Positions 1-18,161 of a stretch of DNA of 64,000 nucleotides are shown here, piece after piece (position 1 is the stretch's first letter; every line of letters starts with the position of its first letter). The stretch lies in the NCBI GenBank assembly GCA_964016885.1, contig OZ024740.1, positions 141,050,001-141,114,000 of the forward strand. Reading direction: 5' to 3'. This DNA comes from Eledone cirrhosa (taxonomy: Eukaryota). A program made the position numbers and the translations under genes. The notes beneath the pieces are model-generated. The model saw nothing but the letters and a program-made list of their open reading frames with translations. It had not been told where the DNA came from and made no database searches.

Positions 1-129
1 GTAGAAAACTGTAATCATTTAAGGTTCAGTCAGTAATGCGCCTCTCTGATGTCTGCACTATAGGCGGCTGCATAGTTCAGTTTAATGGGTAGGTCCTCTC
101 CACAAACGTCTTCTTTGTAGGTGTTGTTA

Positions 130-525
130 TTGGTATTGTTGTTGTTAGTGTTGTTTAGTTGCGTTGGTTAGCCCTGATTAAGCAAACCTTTGTTCAACAG
201 CTTTCCAGTCCTGCCTTTCCTGTCATATTTTCAAACAATATATGTATATACTTTAATGGGGTTGCATATGAAGGTATATAGATATGCTTATGCTGTAAAC
301 TGAAATTATTTTATTTGGGAGAAGAGGTTCACGTTTTAGAGCTAGCTTAGGGCGCTAAATACCCAGGCGCCGGTTCTGGTTAAAGACATTCTAGCCGTGA
401 CCATTCCGTCATATTTTCAAACATAATATATTTTATTCATAGTATCTTTCCTTTTCAAAATGGTAGGCTGTGAAGTTTGAAGAGGTTTTGGCAGCTGTTT
501 CTAGCAGATAGAGTGACCATGTAGT
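130..525 (-). mobile_element. Degenerate SINE fragments (same family as 20625-20830)
   Basis: Reverse complement contains CTGCTAGAAACAGCTGCCAAA...GGAATGGTCACGGCTAGAATG and an (AAC)n tail, matching the + copy at 20.6 kb. Confidence 0.55.
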
Positions 526-1720
526 GGAGCACTTGTCTTAGCAGATGTAAGCACTTATCAGTGTCCATTTACGGGAATCTTCTTTGTGTTTCCATCAGTC
601 GGGCAATAGATTTGCTTGAGTAACCAATCGAGTGTTTCCAATTTTAGAAGCAAGAATTTGTTCCAAATACCAATATTCCGTTAAAGTGGTTGGTTTAATA
701 CACTGGACGAAGAATGTTTACAACTGACATATTTTTCTCATTTCATTGTATCAACAGTTGAATTGATTTAACTTCTAAGTCTTATTGCATTATACGCAGA
801 GCCGGATTTAGACCATGGGGGATCTGAAACTCTTCAGGTTTTGGGGCCCCTCGTACGCAAAAAAATTAGAATAACACAGAAATACCCCAATTTTACATAT
901 CAAAGTTGGTTTGGCACAAGTAATTGGAATTGAAAAATTATATATACAGGTATTAAATTTAAAAAATGTAACCATCCTCATTTTTCGTCCACCTCATCTT
1001 GCATTACATATTTGGCGGAGCGTTATGAATATCCTTAAAATATCCTATACAGGAAGAAAGTTGGTATATTGAATAAAAATATGCGTAAATATTTAGTAGA
1101 AATCTTAATTCTGTACTATCGTTCCAATCTCTGTAATAATACATAATCATTTATTGAATGGTTCTAGAACATCTCTAACAAAGAAAGCTGCTACTTCTAA
1201 TTTAATATGAAAGACTATTACGTGGCCATTTCCAAACAAAGACTCTTTAAACTTCTAGAAGGTCCTTCGATATAATGCATGCAGTTAAACAGAGCTGATG
1301 CATGTGTATTTAGTGAGCTAAGCTAACTCTACAATATGTGCCCCTTTCTCCTAAATAAAATAACGTAACAAACTTACAATTCCTTAAACTTAGATTTTGA
1401 CACTTCTTGCTCTAAACACTCAGAAAATTACTAAGCCTGTGTTGTCTACTACACAGTTCATACTTACCCATACCAAATTATGTGACAAGTTATAACACCA
1501 CACGGCTCTCTTCACCCTTTTTAATATTTCCGCAATGCTGCTACACGGCAATAATCTTTAGTGATATATTTATTGATTGCAAACTGTGCTAATTTAAGGT
1601 TCAATAATACGCCTCTCTTAGGTTTATGTTCTAAGCGACTACCTTAATGGTAGTTCCGCCATGGGGTTAAAATACTTATAGGTTATCTTGTTGCTTGCCA
1701 CTGGAGATTTAAATATTGAT

Positions 1721-1896
1721 CAGTGCCGGATTTAAGACAAATGAGGCCCTGTGCTAGTTAAGTTATGAGGCTTCTTACTTGGGCCCTGAAGGAGGTAATT
1801 CATTGTAAAAAAAATGTTTGGCAGGAAGATGGAGTCCCCTGGCCAACAGGGCTGTGTGCTTAAGCACACCTAAGCACAATGGTAAATCCGACATTG
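1721..1896. mobile_element. hAT-type MITE
   Basis: TIRs CAGTGCCGGATTTA / TAAATCCGACATTG; 8-bp TSD ATATTGAT/CTATTGAT; sister copy at 11697-11865. Confidence 0.85.
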
Positions 1897-2151
1897 CTAT
1901 TGATACTTAGCGAAGGGGGTAGATATCGTACAGACGTATAGAGTTTGTCACTATAATACAGTGATACGGATGTCTCATTTATGAAACGGCTATCATCTCA
2001 CAAGATTAAACAACCATCATATACTGTATATATAAGTACGTGCGTATGTACGTACGTACGTATGTATGTACGTATGTATTTATGTATGTATGTATGCATG
2101 TATGTATGTATATATGCATGCATGTATGCATGCATGTATGTATGTATCTAT

Positions 2152-2690
2152 GTCAGGTCGCTCTCGAGTGCTACTGGTAACATGTAACCCAGTACAACCT
2201 GTCTCATGGTCGGGTCGTCGGCGACTAAACTAGCAACCCCACCAAGCTAGCTTAGTGAGGAGGGTAATATTTTGACACCCTGCATGGTGAAATACAAGAC
2301 CCAGCAAAGGGCGGAGGAACTTAGCAGAGTCAACGGCCATCGAAATAGTAGTTTTTATTGTTGTTGTTTTTTTCTCACCTGGGAGTGAAAGGCCCCCATT
2401 TGTTGTCACAAAACTTTTCTAGGAGAGGGAAACTCTGAAAAAAAAACTTGCGGCTTCGAAAGCATCCGATGATGTTGACCAGTTCTCTTTTTCGGGTAGT
2501 GTTTTCGATGCTCAGAGAGTGGGATTGGTCGAGTGCAAGGCCTTTCCCCACTTAAAAAACCTTCAAAGCATAGGCATTGCTTTGTTCAGGATATGTTACA
2601 GGTTCGTGTGGCTGGCCATAGCCTAAAAGTGCACCAAACTCTATAATCTGACAAGCGATTGCAATAGTCTTAGCAGAGTTTGCAGCCATC
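2152..2690 (+). mobile_element. Bipartite non-autonomous RTE derivative, family 1 (RTE 5' UTR + short 3' tail)
   Basis: 2152-2638 aligns with the 5' UTR of the RTE at 16117-16592; ends ...GCAGAGTTTGCAGCCATC then (ATGT)n; second copy 25839-26355. Confidence 0.85.
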
Positions 2691-3009
2691 ATGTATCTAT
2701 GTATGTATACATGCATGCATGTATGTATGCATGTATGCTTGTATGTATGTATGCATGCATGTATGCATGCATGTATGTATTTATGTATGTGTTTATGTAT
2801 GTATGTATGTATGTATGTATGTATGTATGTATGTATGTATGTATGTATGTATGTATGTATGTATATTCGTGCATGTTCATACGTGCGATGAAATGGGCCA
2901 GGGTGAAAGAAAAGACAAAGGAATGAAGGCCAATAGAAATTTCAGTTTTGTTACAAACAATCTATGTACTCATAACTCAATTGCTGCCCCCATTCTTAGC
3001 TTTAGCTAT

Positions 3010-6000
3010 ATTAGTCATCATCATCGCACCCACCACTAGCACTACTACAGTCACTCTCATCATCACTATCACCATCATCTTCATTACCATCACCACTATC
3101 ACTATTATCATTACCACTACTACCATCACAATCATCATCATTATTACCACCACCATTAATATCACCATCATCATCATTACTATCACCACCAACACTATCG
3201 TTATTACCACTACCACCATCACTATCACAATCATCATCACCAGTACTATCATCATCATTATTACCACCACCACTGTCACCATCATCATCCTTACCACCAC
3301 CACCATCACTATCATCACCACCACTATCACCATCATCATTACAAATAGAACATTCATCATCAACATTGTCATAACAACCAACTTGACCACCACCACTACC
3401 ATCACCACCAACACCTATACCATCACCCACCAGTAGCGCATCATAACTCCCACCACGTTTACCACGGCCATCACAGTCACCAAATACCTTCATCATTACC
3501 ATCACTATCGCTATCACGACCGCCATCCACATCACCACCACCACAACCACAACCACAACCACCACCACCACCACCACAACCACCACCACCACCACCACCA
3601 CCACCACCAGCACCACCACCACAACCACCACCACAACCACCACCACCACCACCACCACCACAACCACCACCACCATACCACCACCACAACCACCACCACC
3701 ACCACAACCACAACCACCACCACCACCACCACCACAACCACCACCACAACCACCACCACCATACCACCACCACCACAACCACCACCACCACCACCACCAC
3801 CACAACCACCACAACGACCACTACAACCACCAGCACCACCAGCACCACCACCACAACTACCACCACCACCACCACCACCACCACCACCACCACCACCATA
3901 CCACCACCACAACCACCACCACCACCACCACAACCACCACCACAACCACCACCACCACCACCACAACTACAACCACCACCACAATCACCACCACCACCAC
4001 CATACCACCGCCACAACCACCACCACCACCACCACCACCACCACCACCACCACCACCACCACCACAACCACCACCACAACCACCACCACCATACCACCAC
4101 CACAACCACCACCACCACCACCACAACCACCACAACGACCACCACAACCACCAGCACCACCAGCACCACCACCACAACTACCACCACCACCACCACCACC
4201 ACCACCACCACCACCACCACAACCACAACCACCATACCACCACCACAACCACCACCACCACCACCACAACCACCACCACAACCACCACCACCACAACCAC
4301 AACCACCACCACAATCACCACCACCACCATACCACCGCCACAACCACCACCACCACCACCACCACCACCACCACCACCACCACCACCACAACCACCACCA
4401 CAACCACCACCACCACCACCACCACCACCACCACCACCACCACCACCACCACCATCACAACCACCACCACCACCACCACTACAAATACCGCTACCACAAC
4501 CATCACAACCACCACCACCACCACCACAACTACGACCACCACAACCACCACCACCACCACAACCACCACCACCACCACCATCACAACCACCACCACCACT
4601 ACAAATACCACTACCACAACCACCACAACCACCACCACCACCACCACAACCACGACCACAACTACGACCACCACAACTACCACCACCACCGCCACCACAA
4701 CCACCACCACCACTGCCATCACCACCACCACCACCACCACCACCACCACCACCACCACCACCACCACAACCAGCACAACCACCACCACCATACCATCACC
4801 ACCACCACAACCACCACCACAACCACCACCACCACAACCACCACCACCACAACCACAACCACCACAACCACTACCACCACCACCACCACCACGACAACCA
4901 CCACCACCACCACCACAACCAAAACCACCACAACCACTACCACCACCACCACCACCACCACCACCACCACCACCACAACCACCACCACCACCACAACCAC
5001 CACCACAACCACAACCACCACCACCACCACAACCACCACCACCACCACCACCACCACCACAAATACCACCACCACCACCACAACTACCACCACCACCACC
5101 ACAACTACCACCACCACCACCACAACTACCACCACCACCACCACAACCACAACCAAAACCACCACAACCACTACCACCACCACCACCACAACCACCACCA
5201 CCACCACCACCACCACAACCACCACCACAACCACAACCACCACCACAACCACCACCACCACAACCACCACCACCACAAATACCACCACCACCACCACAAC
5301 TACCACCACCACCACCACCACCACCACCACCACCACAAATACCACCACCACCACCACCACAACCACCACAACGACCACTACAACCACCACCACAACCACA
5401 ACCACCACCACCACCACCACCACCATCACAACCACCACCACCACCACCACTACAAATACCACTACCACAACCACCACCACCACCACCACCACCACCACCA
5501 CCACCACCACCACCACCACCACCACAACAACAACAACCACCACCACAACCAGCACAACCACCACCACCATACCACCACCACCACCACAACCACAACCACC
5601 ACCACCACAACCACCACCACCACCACCACAACCACAACCACAACCACCACAATCACTACCACCACCACCACCACCACCACCACCACCACCACCACCACAA
5701 CCACCACCACCACCACAACCACCACCACAACCACAACCACCACCACCACCACAACCACCACCACCACCACCACCACCACCACAAATACCACCACCACCAC
5801 CACAACTACCACCACCACCACCACAACTACCACCACCACCACCACAACTACCACCACCACCACCACAACCACCACCACAAATACCACCACCACCACAAAT
5901 ACCACCACCACAACCACAACTACCACAACCACCACCACAACTACCACCACCACCACCACCACCATTACCACAACCTCCACCATCACCACCACAACTACCA

Positions 6001-6650
6001 CCACTACCACTACAACCACAACCACCACCACAACCACCACCAGTCACAACCACCACCAGTCACAATCATCATTATGACAATCATGATAACCCCCACTTCC
6101 ACACCTTCACCACAACCACCACCACAACTACCACCACCACAACCACCACCACAACTACCACAACCACCACCACAACTACCACCACCACAACCACCACCAC
6201 CACAACTACCACCACCACAACCACCACCACAACTACCACAACCACCACCACAACTACCACCACCACAGCCACCACCACCACAACTACCACCACCACAACC
6301 ACCACCAGAACTACCACAACCACCACTACAACTACCACCACCACCACCACCACCACCACCACCACAACCACCACCACAACTACCACAACCACCACCACAA
6401 CTACCACCACCACAACCACCACCACCCAACTACCACCACCACAACCACCACCACAACTACCACAACCACCACCACAACTACCACCACCACCACCACCACA
6501 ACCACCACCACCACCACCACCACCACCACCACAACCACCACCACCACCACCACCACCACCACCACCACAACCACCACCAGTCACAATCATCATTATCACA
6601 ATCATGATAACCCCCACTCCACACCCACCAGCACCACCACCATCGTCGTT
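3010..6650. repeat. ~3.6 kb degenerate (CCA/CAA/CAT)n trinucleotide satellite with higher-order duplications
   Basis: Direct reading; landmark variants recur at ~3810/4130, ~4770/5550 and ~6050/6575. Confidence 0.95.
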
Positions 6651-6962
6651 GTCGTCGGCGTTGTTGGTACTGCCGGCATAAGCGTGTCATCTTCCTGCAA
6701 CCGGTGATACGATGCGAGGTGTAAGGCGGTGGGAGGGTGAGTGTGAAAATGTTTTGCTCAAGTAAACCGAGACTGTTATAGTTGTGTATGTGAGAGAGAG
6801 AGAGAGTGTATGTGTATGTTTTTTGTTGTTGTTGTTTTTATTGTTTTTTTTTAATGCGTGTCATGTTTGTATATTTGTATGGACTTGAGTTTTTGTATGT
6901 GTCTATGTTTATGTATTTCTGAGAGTATGTGTACGCGTGTTGTGAGCGTGACTCTATGTGCG

Positions 6963-6993
<31 letters not shown>

Positions 6994-7384
6994 TTTGAGC
7001 GTGTTTGTGTATTTGTATGTGCCAGAGTTTCTGTATTCGCGTGTGTGAGTGTGGAACTGTGCATGTGTGTGCATGTTTTCAAAGATCTAAAGCATAATTA
7101 GTTAAAAGAATGAGAAGAGAGAGAGGGGGAGGGGGTAAGAGAGAGCGAGAGAGAGGGGGGAGAAAGAGAGAGCGAGAGAGAGAGGCTATGTGCTAGTGCG
7201 TGGGTGAATGCGTGAGTATATAAAATGGTGTGGGGGAGGGGGAGAAGGGTGTCCCAAATTGTATTAAAATGAATTTAATAGCAAAGGTAATTCAGATAAA
7301 ACTTTCCATGCACGCACACACAGACAGACACACACACATATACCGTATACATAAACACATACACTAAACACACAAATACAGACG

Positions 7385-7648
7385 CTGTGCCATGTTGAAT
7401 CTCCCTGAAAACGACATTAACAGTAGACGTTAATTTCGCGAGCAAGCAGGCTGTTCGATTGTTCGAACAACTGGAACTCTCGTCGCATCGTAACTGACGG
7501 AGATCCAACAGGCACACTCATATATATCCAAATATACTGTGTCACGCTGAATCTAACTATGATAAAGGTCCACGTTTCTGTGCAGGCTGTTCCGTTGGTC
7601 GAACAACGGGAACACTCGTCGTCGAATTCGACGGAGGTCCAACAACAG
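7385..7648 (+). mobile_element. Two tandem 3' fragments of a SINE; another copy at 9590-9690 (-)
   Basis: Repeated GCAGGCTGTTC..TTG.TCGAACAAC.GGAAC.CTCGTCG...GACGGAG.TCCAACA. Confidence 0.6.
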
Positions 7649-7707
7649 TAGTGGGATGCTTGGCCCTAAATTTCATCGGGGACCCTTGTGTATTATTTAT
7701 GATAGAA

Positions 7708-7900
7708 TAATAATTGTTTCTACTTTTGGCACAAGGCTAGCAATTACTTCAGTGAATTACTGGTGCTTTATTTTTTCGACCCCGTAAGGATGAAAGGCAA
7801 ACCTAACCTCGGTGGGATGTGAACTCAGAACGTAAAGAGCCATAACTCTATGTCGCAAAGCATGGTGTCTGACGCTCTACCCATACTGTCAATCCACCAC
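7708..7900 (-). mobile_element. tRNA-derived SINE (Meta-SINE-like core), most abundant family in the window
   Basis: B-box GAGTTCAAATCCC-like head, core TTTGCCTTTCATCCTTACGGGGTCGA, tail GCCTTGTGCCAAAAGTAGAAACAATTATT. Further copies near 9853-10035, 22510-22903 (x2), 23218-23403, 38787-38958, 42730-42940, 46775-46965, 52516-52910 (x2), 53604-53767, 59602-59797, 59824-60020. Confidence 0.85.
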
Positions 7901-7904
7901 TCTT

Positions 7905-8140
7905 TAATAATATATATATTTTTTCTTATAAGGTTTCTCTAGCAATCAGTTGCTAGTTGAAACGTGTGTCATTGGTCTCTGATTAGTCCCTCTTCTTAGA
8001 TGTTCAATATTTGCGTGTGATTCTGGTAGTGTTAGTGATGTTAGAAATTTGTGTATGAAGTCGGGAATTCCAAGAAAGGCGTTTAGGGACCGTGCTTAGC
8101 GCCCCAATTTGGAGACCTTTAGATATTATAGAACCCTGGT
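7905..8140 (-). pseudogene. 3' end remnant of an R4/Dong-like (RLE) non-LTR retrotransposon
   Basis: Minus strand reads IGALSTVPKRL...LGIP...TTRITRKY across frameshifts, resembling the R4-clade C-terminus, followed by an A/TA-rich tail. Confidence 0.55.
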
Positions 8141-9695
8141 TGCAACCCAGTCAGCCCCTCTCCCTTAACCAGTCATTATCCAACACACACACACACACAA
8201 TAACCTTTTATTTTATTTCATGCAATGTCTTTGTTTAATTCAGCTTCCCCATTTTAAGAATACCGTCTAAAAAGCTTTTGTCCTCGTGTTCAAGATGAAT
8301 ATTTTGTAAATCAGCGGCTCTCAGAGATCCAAGTCACATTCCTCTTCTTGTAATCCCAGGTTTCCTTAATTCTTTCCCATTTCCAATTGTCCTCTAGAAA
8401 TGTTTCACCCAAGCACCATATTAACATTTAGTAGTTGGTGTTTCACTCCGTCAGGGTCACCATTTTAGTGTTGCTGGACCCAGAGTTATTTACTCGAGTA
8501 AATGTCACCGGAATCTAACTACTAAATTTTATAAAGAAAAGGATAAGATAATGATAAAACGTATGCAGTTTCTCGGAACGTGTATCGAATATAAGTCTTC
8601 ATTTTTATTGTAGCTTCATGTTATAATTGTTGTAAACAAATATTCTCGTACATAATATACATAGGTATAGTCCAGATTCATGATAGGTGGTTAGAGAAAA
8701 GTTAACATGCTTGTCTTCAGTGTTGTCAGTTCGAAGGAAGGCGCCAAAAGAGAGTATACCTTTGGCGTAACCATGCCTGGCCTTAAGGCCAGGCAGCCAA
8801 GAGGTGAAAAAGAGGAAGATAGCTTTGAGCTCTCTCCTTTATAGTTGTTCCCTGGACGGAAGTCACAAAGAAGGTTCTGGAATTTCAACGGGAAGTAACT
8901 CCAGCTACTTCCCTTGGTCTAGAGAGCGCTACAAACCCACGCGAGCTTTTCAAACCTTAATAATTATATAAACCAAAACGAGATTAAGTCTCAAGCAGCA
9001 GTTTTTGAGAACTGTTAATTGGTCATCGCCTTTATAGTTGAGTATATTGACATTTTATTTGATATATATACACAATGTACACTATTCTTTCTTAGTTTAG
9101 ATTCCTCCTCAATTCCTCAATTCGATAGCATTTCTTTCAGGGAAGCTGGAATTTCTCCATAGGGAGCCAAGGACCTCCAGATTGAAAATCACTGCTAGAA
9201 ATGTTGCTTTAATTATGCCGGTTTCACATTATTAGTTGTTAATCTGCTACAAGTAACTCATTGAGCACTATCTTTTCGTTCGATGAGAACAGATATGAAT
9301 TCGCACCGAACAGAGCCGGTGCTACCATTAGAATAACTAAGCCTTGGGCACAAAACTCAGCGAGGCGCATTACTGAACCTTAACGAATCAGTTTTGAAAC
9401 AAATTTGTATAACTAAATTAATTATATAATGATTTTCTGTAATTAATAAATAAATCGCTATACATTTTTGCTGCGTAGTAATGTTGTGAGAGGATCGTAT
9501 GGCGCTGTGACTTGTTACATGGTTTAGCGTGGGTGGGGAGTATTTTATTTGGGAGAATGGAGCACAAATATATGAATAACCATGTATCATGGATCTCCGT
9601 CCGTTCCGACGACGAGTGTTTCAGTTTTTCTATTTATGGAACAGCCTTCTTGTTCCTGAATTGCTGAGTATTCCACAGACACGTTTACGGAGTAC

Positions 9696-9733
<38 letters not shown>

Positions 9734-9737
<4 letters not shown>

Positions 9738-9851
9738 GTCGTTTGCTCCATAAAAAGCTTGACGACTTCATGCACTTTATGTCTGTTCCTTCCTAGCATG
9801 AGATCTCAAATGGCTTTTGAGTCCTGAAAGCGTGTGAAAGACCCGTCCACA
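9734..9851 (-). pseudogene. RTE 3' fragment (C2H2 finger end + 3' UTR) in (TA)n
   Basis: CGRVFHTLSGLKSHLRSH, similar to CGKICLSKSGLRSHSRSH of the RTE at ~12.9 kb. Confidence 0.7.
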
Positions 9852-11463
9852 AATAATTGTTTCTCCTTTTGGCACAAGGCTAGTAATTATTCCAGTGCAT
9901 AACTGGTACTTTATTTTATCGACCCGGTAAGGATGAAAGGCAAATTTAACCTCGGCGGGATTTGAACTCAGAACATAAAGGGCCATAATTCTGTGCTGCA
10001 AAGCATGGTGTCTGATGCTCTACCGATACTGCAAATAATACAATGATGTCTCATTTCGTTCTTGTTTCCACTTTGGGTTTGCTCATTGCGTATGTTCAAA
10101 TGTCCCTTCAATTGCCCACCGGATTTGCAAAATATATATAATTAAGTTTAATCGACAGGTATAACGTGAAATAAAGTGTTTTGCTAAAAAATCACAACGT
10201 ATCGCCGGGAATCGAACTCACGACCTTACGATATGAGCCGAACATCCTAATCCCTGCATCACTCGCCTTCATGCATATTCATATCTTCATATTTAATACT
10301 CATGACAGGCTTAAAGTTTGTGACTAAAAACAGAAGAAAAAGGCAACAATAAATGGAATATTTCCACACATAAAAAAAATTAAATATTATCTTTATTTTT
10401 AATCTAATCTCTGACATTCAATAAACGTCATTGACGTCAGTTATTAAATTTAAAACAAGCTACAGTTGGATATGATCTACGAGCAGAGACGACGCTACCA
10501 TTAGGTCGACTAGGCAGCCGCTTGGGGCGCAGACCTCAGAGAGACGCATTGCTGAACCTAAAAGGATCAAATTTTTATTAAAATTTGTATAACTATATTA
10601 AATATATTGTAATATACTGCAATCAATAATTAAAACACTTAACATTTTTGCCGCACAGCAGTCTTGTGGGCATATTCAAATCGGTGGAGAGGGCTGTATG
10701 GTGTTATGACCTGTCACATAATTTGTTAGGGGTGATTGTAGACTGTGTTATAGAAAATGGTGACATAGGTTCGTGAACTTGCCAAATCGTTGAAATTATT
10801 ATATATGGGAGAAAAGGACGCACATTACTCAGGTGCTGGCTTGATAATATGTAGTGAGCACTTAATAAAATACTTGATCAGCTGTTGAAATGGGACCTAT
10901 AATTGGGATCTGGTCTGGCATTACTAGCTGAATGAGGCTTACATTTAAGGTCTGGTCTGGGCCTATTACCAGGTTGTACGAAACTGCCTATACCCACAAC
11001 ACATTCTTTTGCACATAGAGCTCGATTTTTTCTCTTCATTTGCGTGCACACACGCACACACACCAGGGGTGGAGTGACCATGTGGGCATTTCAAACCTGT
11101 TAATCCTTGCCGTCCGATGAGGAGATCTCCCACCCACGTTAGGGTGGGTGAAAGATGTCTTCTCTTATGAAAATTGGTATTGCTTTCATTATGTAAAATT
11201 TCCCCATTTTGCCTCATTTCTCCCCGTTTCGGGGCTCTTTTTCAATGGTACTCTCTGTTTGGGCTTTTAGAGGTTGGCAAGTCTGGCATTTGGACAATGC
11301 GGGTGGGTCACTGGACTAGGTAAAAAAAAAACTGAAAAACATCAAAGACCAATAAGTGAATTTGATAGGTGACGGATGTCCGAGTCGGTTTTAAAACCCC
11401 GTCCGCATCTCCCCCTCCCCCTCTCATACACACACCAATTATGTCTGTGTGTGTGTGTGTGTG

Positions 11464-11690
11464 TAGAAAATATCCGTAGGTGTGAAATGGTAAAAGGAAA
11501 ACAGTGCTCAATCGAGAAGAGAGCTGATATATTATATCATTTATTTATGTTCATACACGGAACAAAAGTGCTACCTAAGGTTTCAAGGCCCAATATTGAC
11601 CATATCTCCAGAATGTAAGAGGGATCGAAATTGAGACCTAATCTTCGGGTGCTTATACGAGTTTTTAAGATACCGTTAAAAGTATAGCGA
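11464..11690 (-). mobile_element. PLE-like terminal fragment with degenerate hammerhead (11566-11654)
   Basis: Minus: aagcac CCGAAGA ttaggtctcaat..attgggcctt GAAACC tta GGTA gcactt, then ATTGAGCAC about 40 nt before (AC)n. Confidence 0.65.
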
Positions 11691-11696
11691 GCTATA

Positions 11697-11865
11697 CAGT
11701 GCCGGGTTTAGGATAAATGAGGCCATGTGGTGGTTAAGTCGTGAGAACTTTTACTTGGGCCCTGAAGGAGGTAGGCTCAGTATGCCTACACAGGAAGATG
11801 GGATCCCCTGGCCAATGGGGCCCTGTACTTAAGCACACCTAAGCACAAGGGTAAATTCGGCACTG
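11697..11865. mobile_element. hAT-type MITE
   Basis: TIRs CAGTGCCGGGTTTA / TAAATTCGGCACTG; TSD GAGCTATA/GTGCTATA. Confidence 0.85.
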
Positions 11866-11957
11866 GTGCTATATATATATATTTATATATATATATGTGT
11901 GTGGTGTATGTAGATATGTATGTGTACACAAATAAGTACTTGGATATATATATATAT

Positions 11958-12811
11958 ATCCAAAATTAAGATAAATTGAATTAAATTAAATTAAATCAAA
12001 TTAAATTAAGGGTGTCATGTCAGATAGACATGCGCCATATCACCCGTAAAATATGCTCCAAGATTCTAATGAGTAGATCCGAGCATTTTATATCAACTAG
12101 AAATTGATTGACATATAATTAAACATATGAAACAATCACAGGGGATAATTTGTAAAAGTATGTAAGCACACATAGCTAGGTAGGTAACTAAATAAAGTTT
12201 AACTAGAACTTCAAAAATAGATACCTTATAATTTGATTAATCTTCCTCATATATATTCCATTAAACAAATATATTTCACCAATTAATCGATTGGTAAACG
12301 ACAGTAGCCAGGTCCTGGATCTTCAACAAGGAAGAGGTCCAGCTATCTGTGTTTACGCATCAAGTTCAAATCAGCGACTGGCCAGTAACACGTGCTGTAT
12401 CCACTAAAAATACACACAACATACCAGCTTCGTCCCAGTGGCGTGAATAGGGTTATCGACAACTAGAAACAGCAGTCAAATCCTTTCAACTGAGTTAGCT
12501 CCACAATTCAGGGGCCGTATTTATATATATCCAAAATTAAGATAAATTGAATTAAATTAATTTGATTTGATTAAATTAAATTGATTTAATTTGATTTAAT
12601 TTAATTTAATTCAATTTATCTTAATTTTGGATATATATAAATACGGCCCCTGAATTGTAGAGCTAACTCAGTTGAAAGGACTTGACTGTTGTTTCTAGTT
12701 GTCGATAACCCTATTCACGCCACTGGGCCGAAGCTGGTATGTTGTGTGTATTTTTAGTGGATACAGCACGTGTTACTGGCCAGTCGCTGATTTGAACTTG
12801 ATGCGTAAACA
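11958..12811 (-). mobile_element. PLE-like element with partial tandem end and 5' inverted arm; hammerhead 12241-12335 (-)
   Basis: Direct repeat 11958-12010/12531-12560; inverted arms 12349-12560/12590-12811. Minus: tcttccttg TTGAAGA tcca..tggt GAAATATATT..AATATAT A tgaggaaga (C3U variant). Confidence 0.7.
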
Positions 12812-16764
<3,953 letters not shown>

Positions 16765-16821
16765 TTGACCTGATTATTCAACTATTATTTATAGTTATCA
16801 ACTGCATTGTGGTGTCGACTA

Positions 16822-16915
<94 letters not shown>

Positions 16916-17138
16916 AATTAAGTTAAAAATGTACATCTACATATGCATACTGAAATACTAGTGTGTATATGAATACACACACGTATACATATGTAGGTGT
17001 ACCAAGTCTTTCACTGGTCGCTTTACAGTGAGCGGCCCAGCTATTCTGTATGTAAACACACAGACAAACCGGTTTTTAGAGTCATACTGGTTTTCGGGGG
17101 GAACACCTTCCCTCCATTCTCCAGAAAGCCAGACAAGG

Positions 17139-17183
17139 AATATTGGACTAGTTTCGTTATTGTTACAACTCATCAGCAATATT
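17139..17183 (-). ncRNA. Minimal type I hammerhead ribozyme
   Basis: aatattg CTGATGA gttgt aaca ataac GAAAC ta GTC caatatt. Confidence 0.88.
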
Positions 17184-17382
17184 TACCTATCTACCGGCCT
17201 TTCTAGTGAGTTACAAACGAAACGAAATTTAATTTCGTTTCGTTATTTGTTTTTATCGTCTCCGCTGAACCGGTGCGTACTCACACTCTATGCAAATTAG
17301 TCTGCCCACTACTAATTTTCATAGAAAAAGCATATAACGATATGTGCTTTTACAATTCTCCAGAAAGGCCGGTAGATAGGTA

Positions 17383-17427
17383 AATATTGCTGATGAGTTG
17401 TAACAACAACGAAACTAGTCCAATATT
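17383..17427 (+). ncRNA. Minimal type I hammerhead ribozyme, predicted cleavage after 17420
   Basis: aatattg CTGATGA gttgt aaca acaac GAAAC ta GTC caatatt: 7-bp stem I, 5-bp stem II, palindromic ACTAGT stem III. Confidence 0.92.
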
Positions 17428-17663
17428 CCTTGTCTGGCTTTCTGGAGAATGGAGGGAAGGTGTTCCCCCCGAAAACCAGTATGACTCTAAAAACCGGTTT
17501 GTCTGTGTGTTTACATACAGAATAGCTGGGCCGCTCACTGTAAAGCGACCAGTGAAAGACTTGGTACACCTACATATGTATACGTGTGTGTATTCATATA
17601 CACACTAGTATTTCAGTATGCATATGTAGATGTACATTTTTAACTTAATTGTTTATATATATA

Positions 17664-17741
<78 letters not shown>

Positions 17742-17744
17742 ATG

Positions 17745-18024
<280 letters not shown>

Positions 18025-18110
18025 AGATTCATAGACAGATATAGATAATAGTCGCCACCACAATCCAGTTGATAACTATAAATAATAGTTGAATAAATCA
18101 GGTCAAGTAC

Positions 18111-18157
<47 letters not shown>

Positions 18158-18161
<4 letters not shown>

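Larger units (their letters stand above)
16911..17655. mobile_element. Near-perfect 294-bp inverted-repeat element in (TA)n with a hammerhead in each arm
   Basis: Arms 16911-17204 and 17362-17655 are almost identical reverse complements (mirror ORFs in the track); 157-bp spacer. Confidence 0.9.

Noticed and set aside
798-1600. Possible hAT transposase remnant after a CAGAGCCGGATTTA TIR-like start
   Set aside because: No matching right TIR/TSD or convincing translated motif could be identified.
3011-6690. Gly/Cys-rich, poly-Val or Pro-rich ORFs resembling structural proteins
   Set aside because: All frames are open because the triplet satellite lacks stops, and frames slip between G, V and W runs; no signal peptide or unique domain.
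8555-8612. Hammerhead-like relic on - strand (TGAAGA...GAAACTGCA)
   Set aside because: C3, the cleavage triplet and stem II are all disrupted; too degenerate to call.
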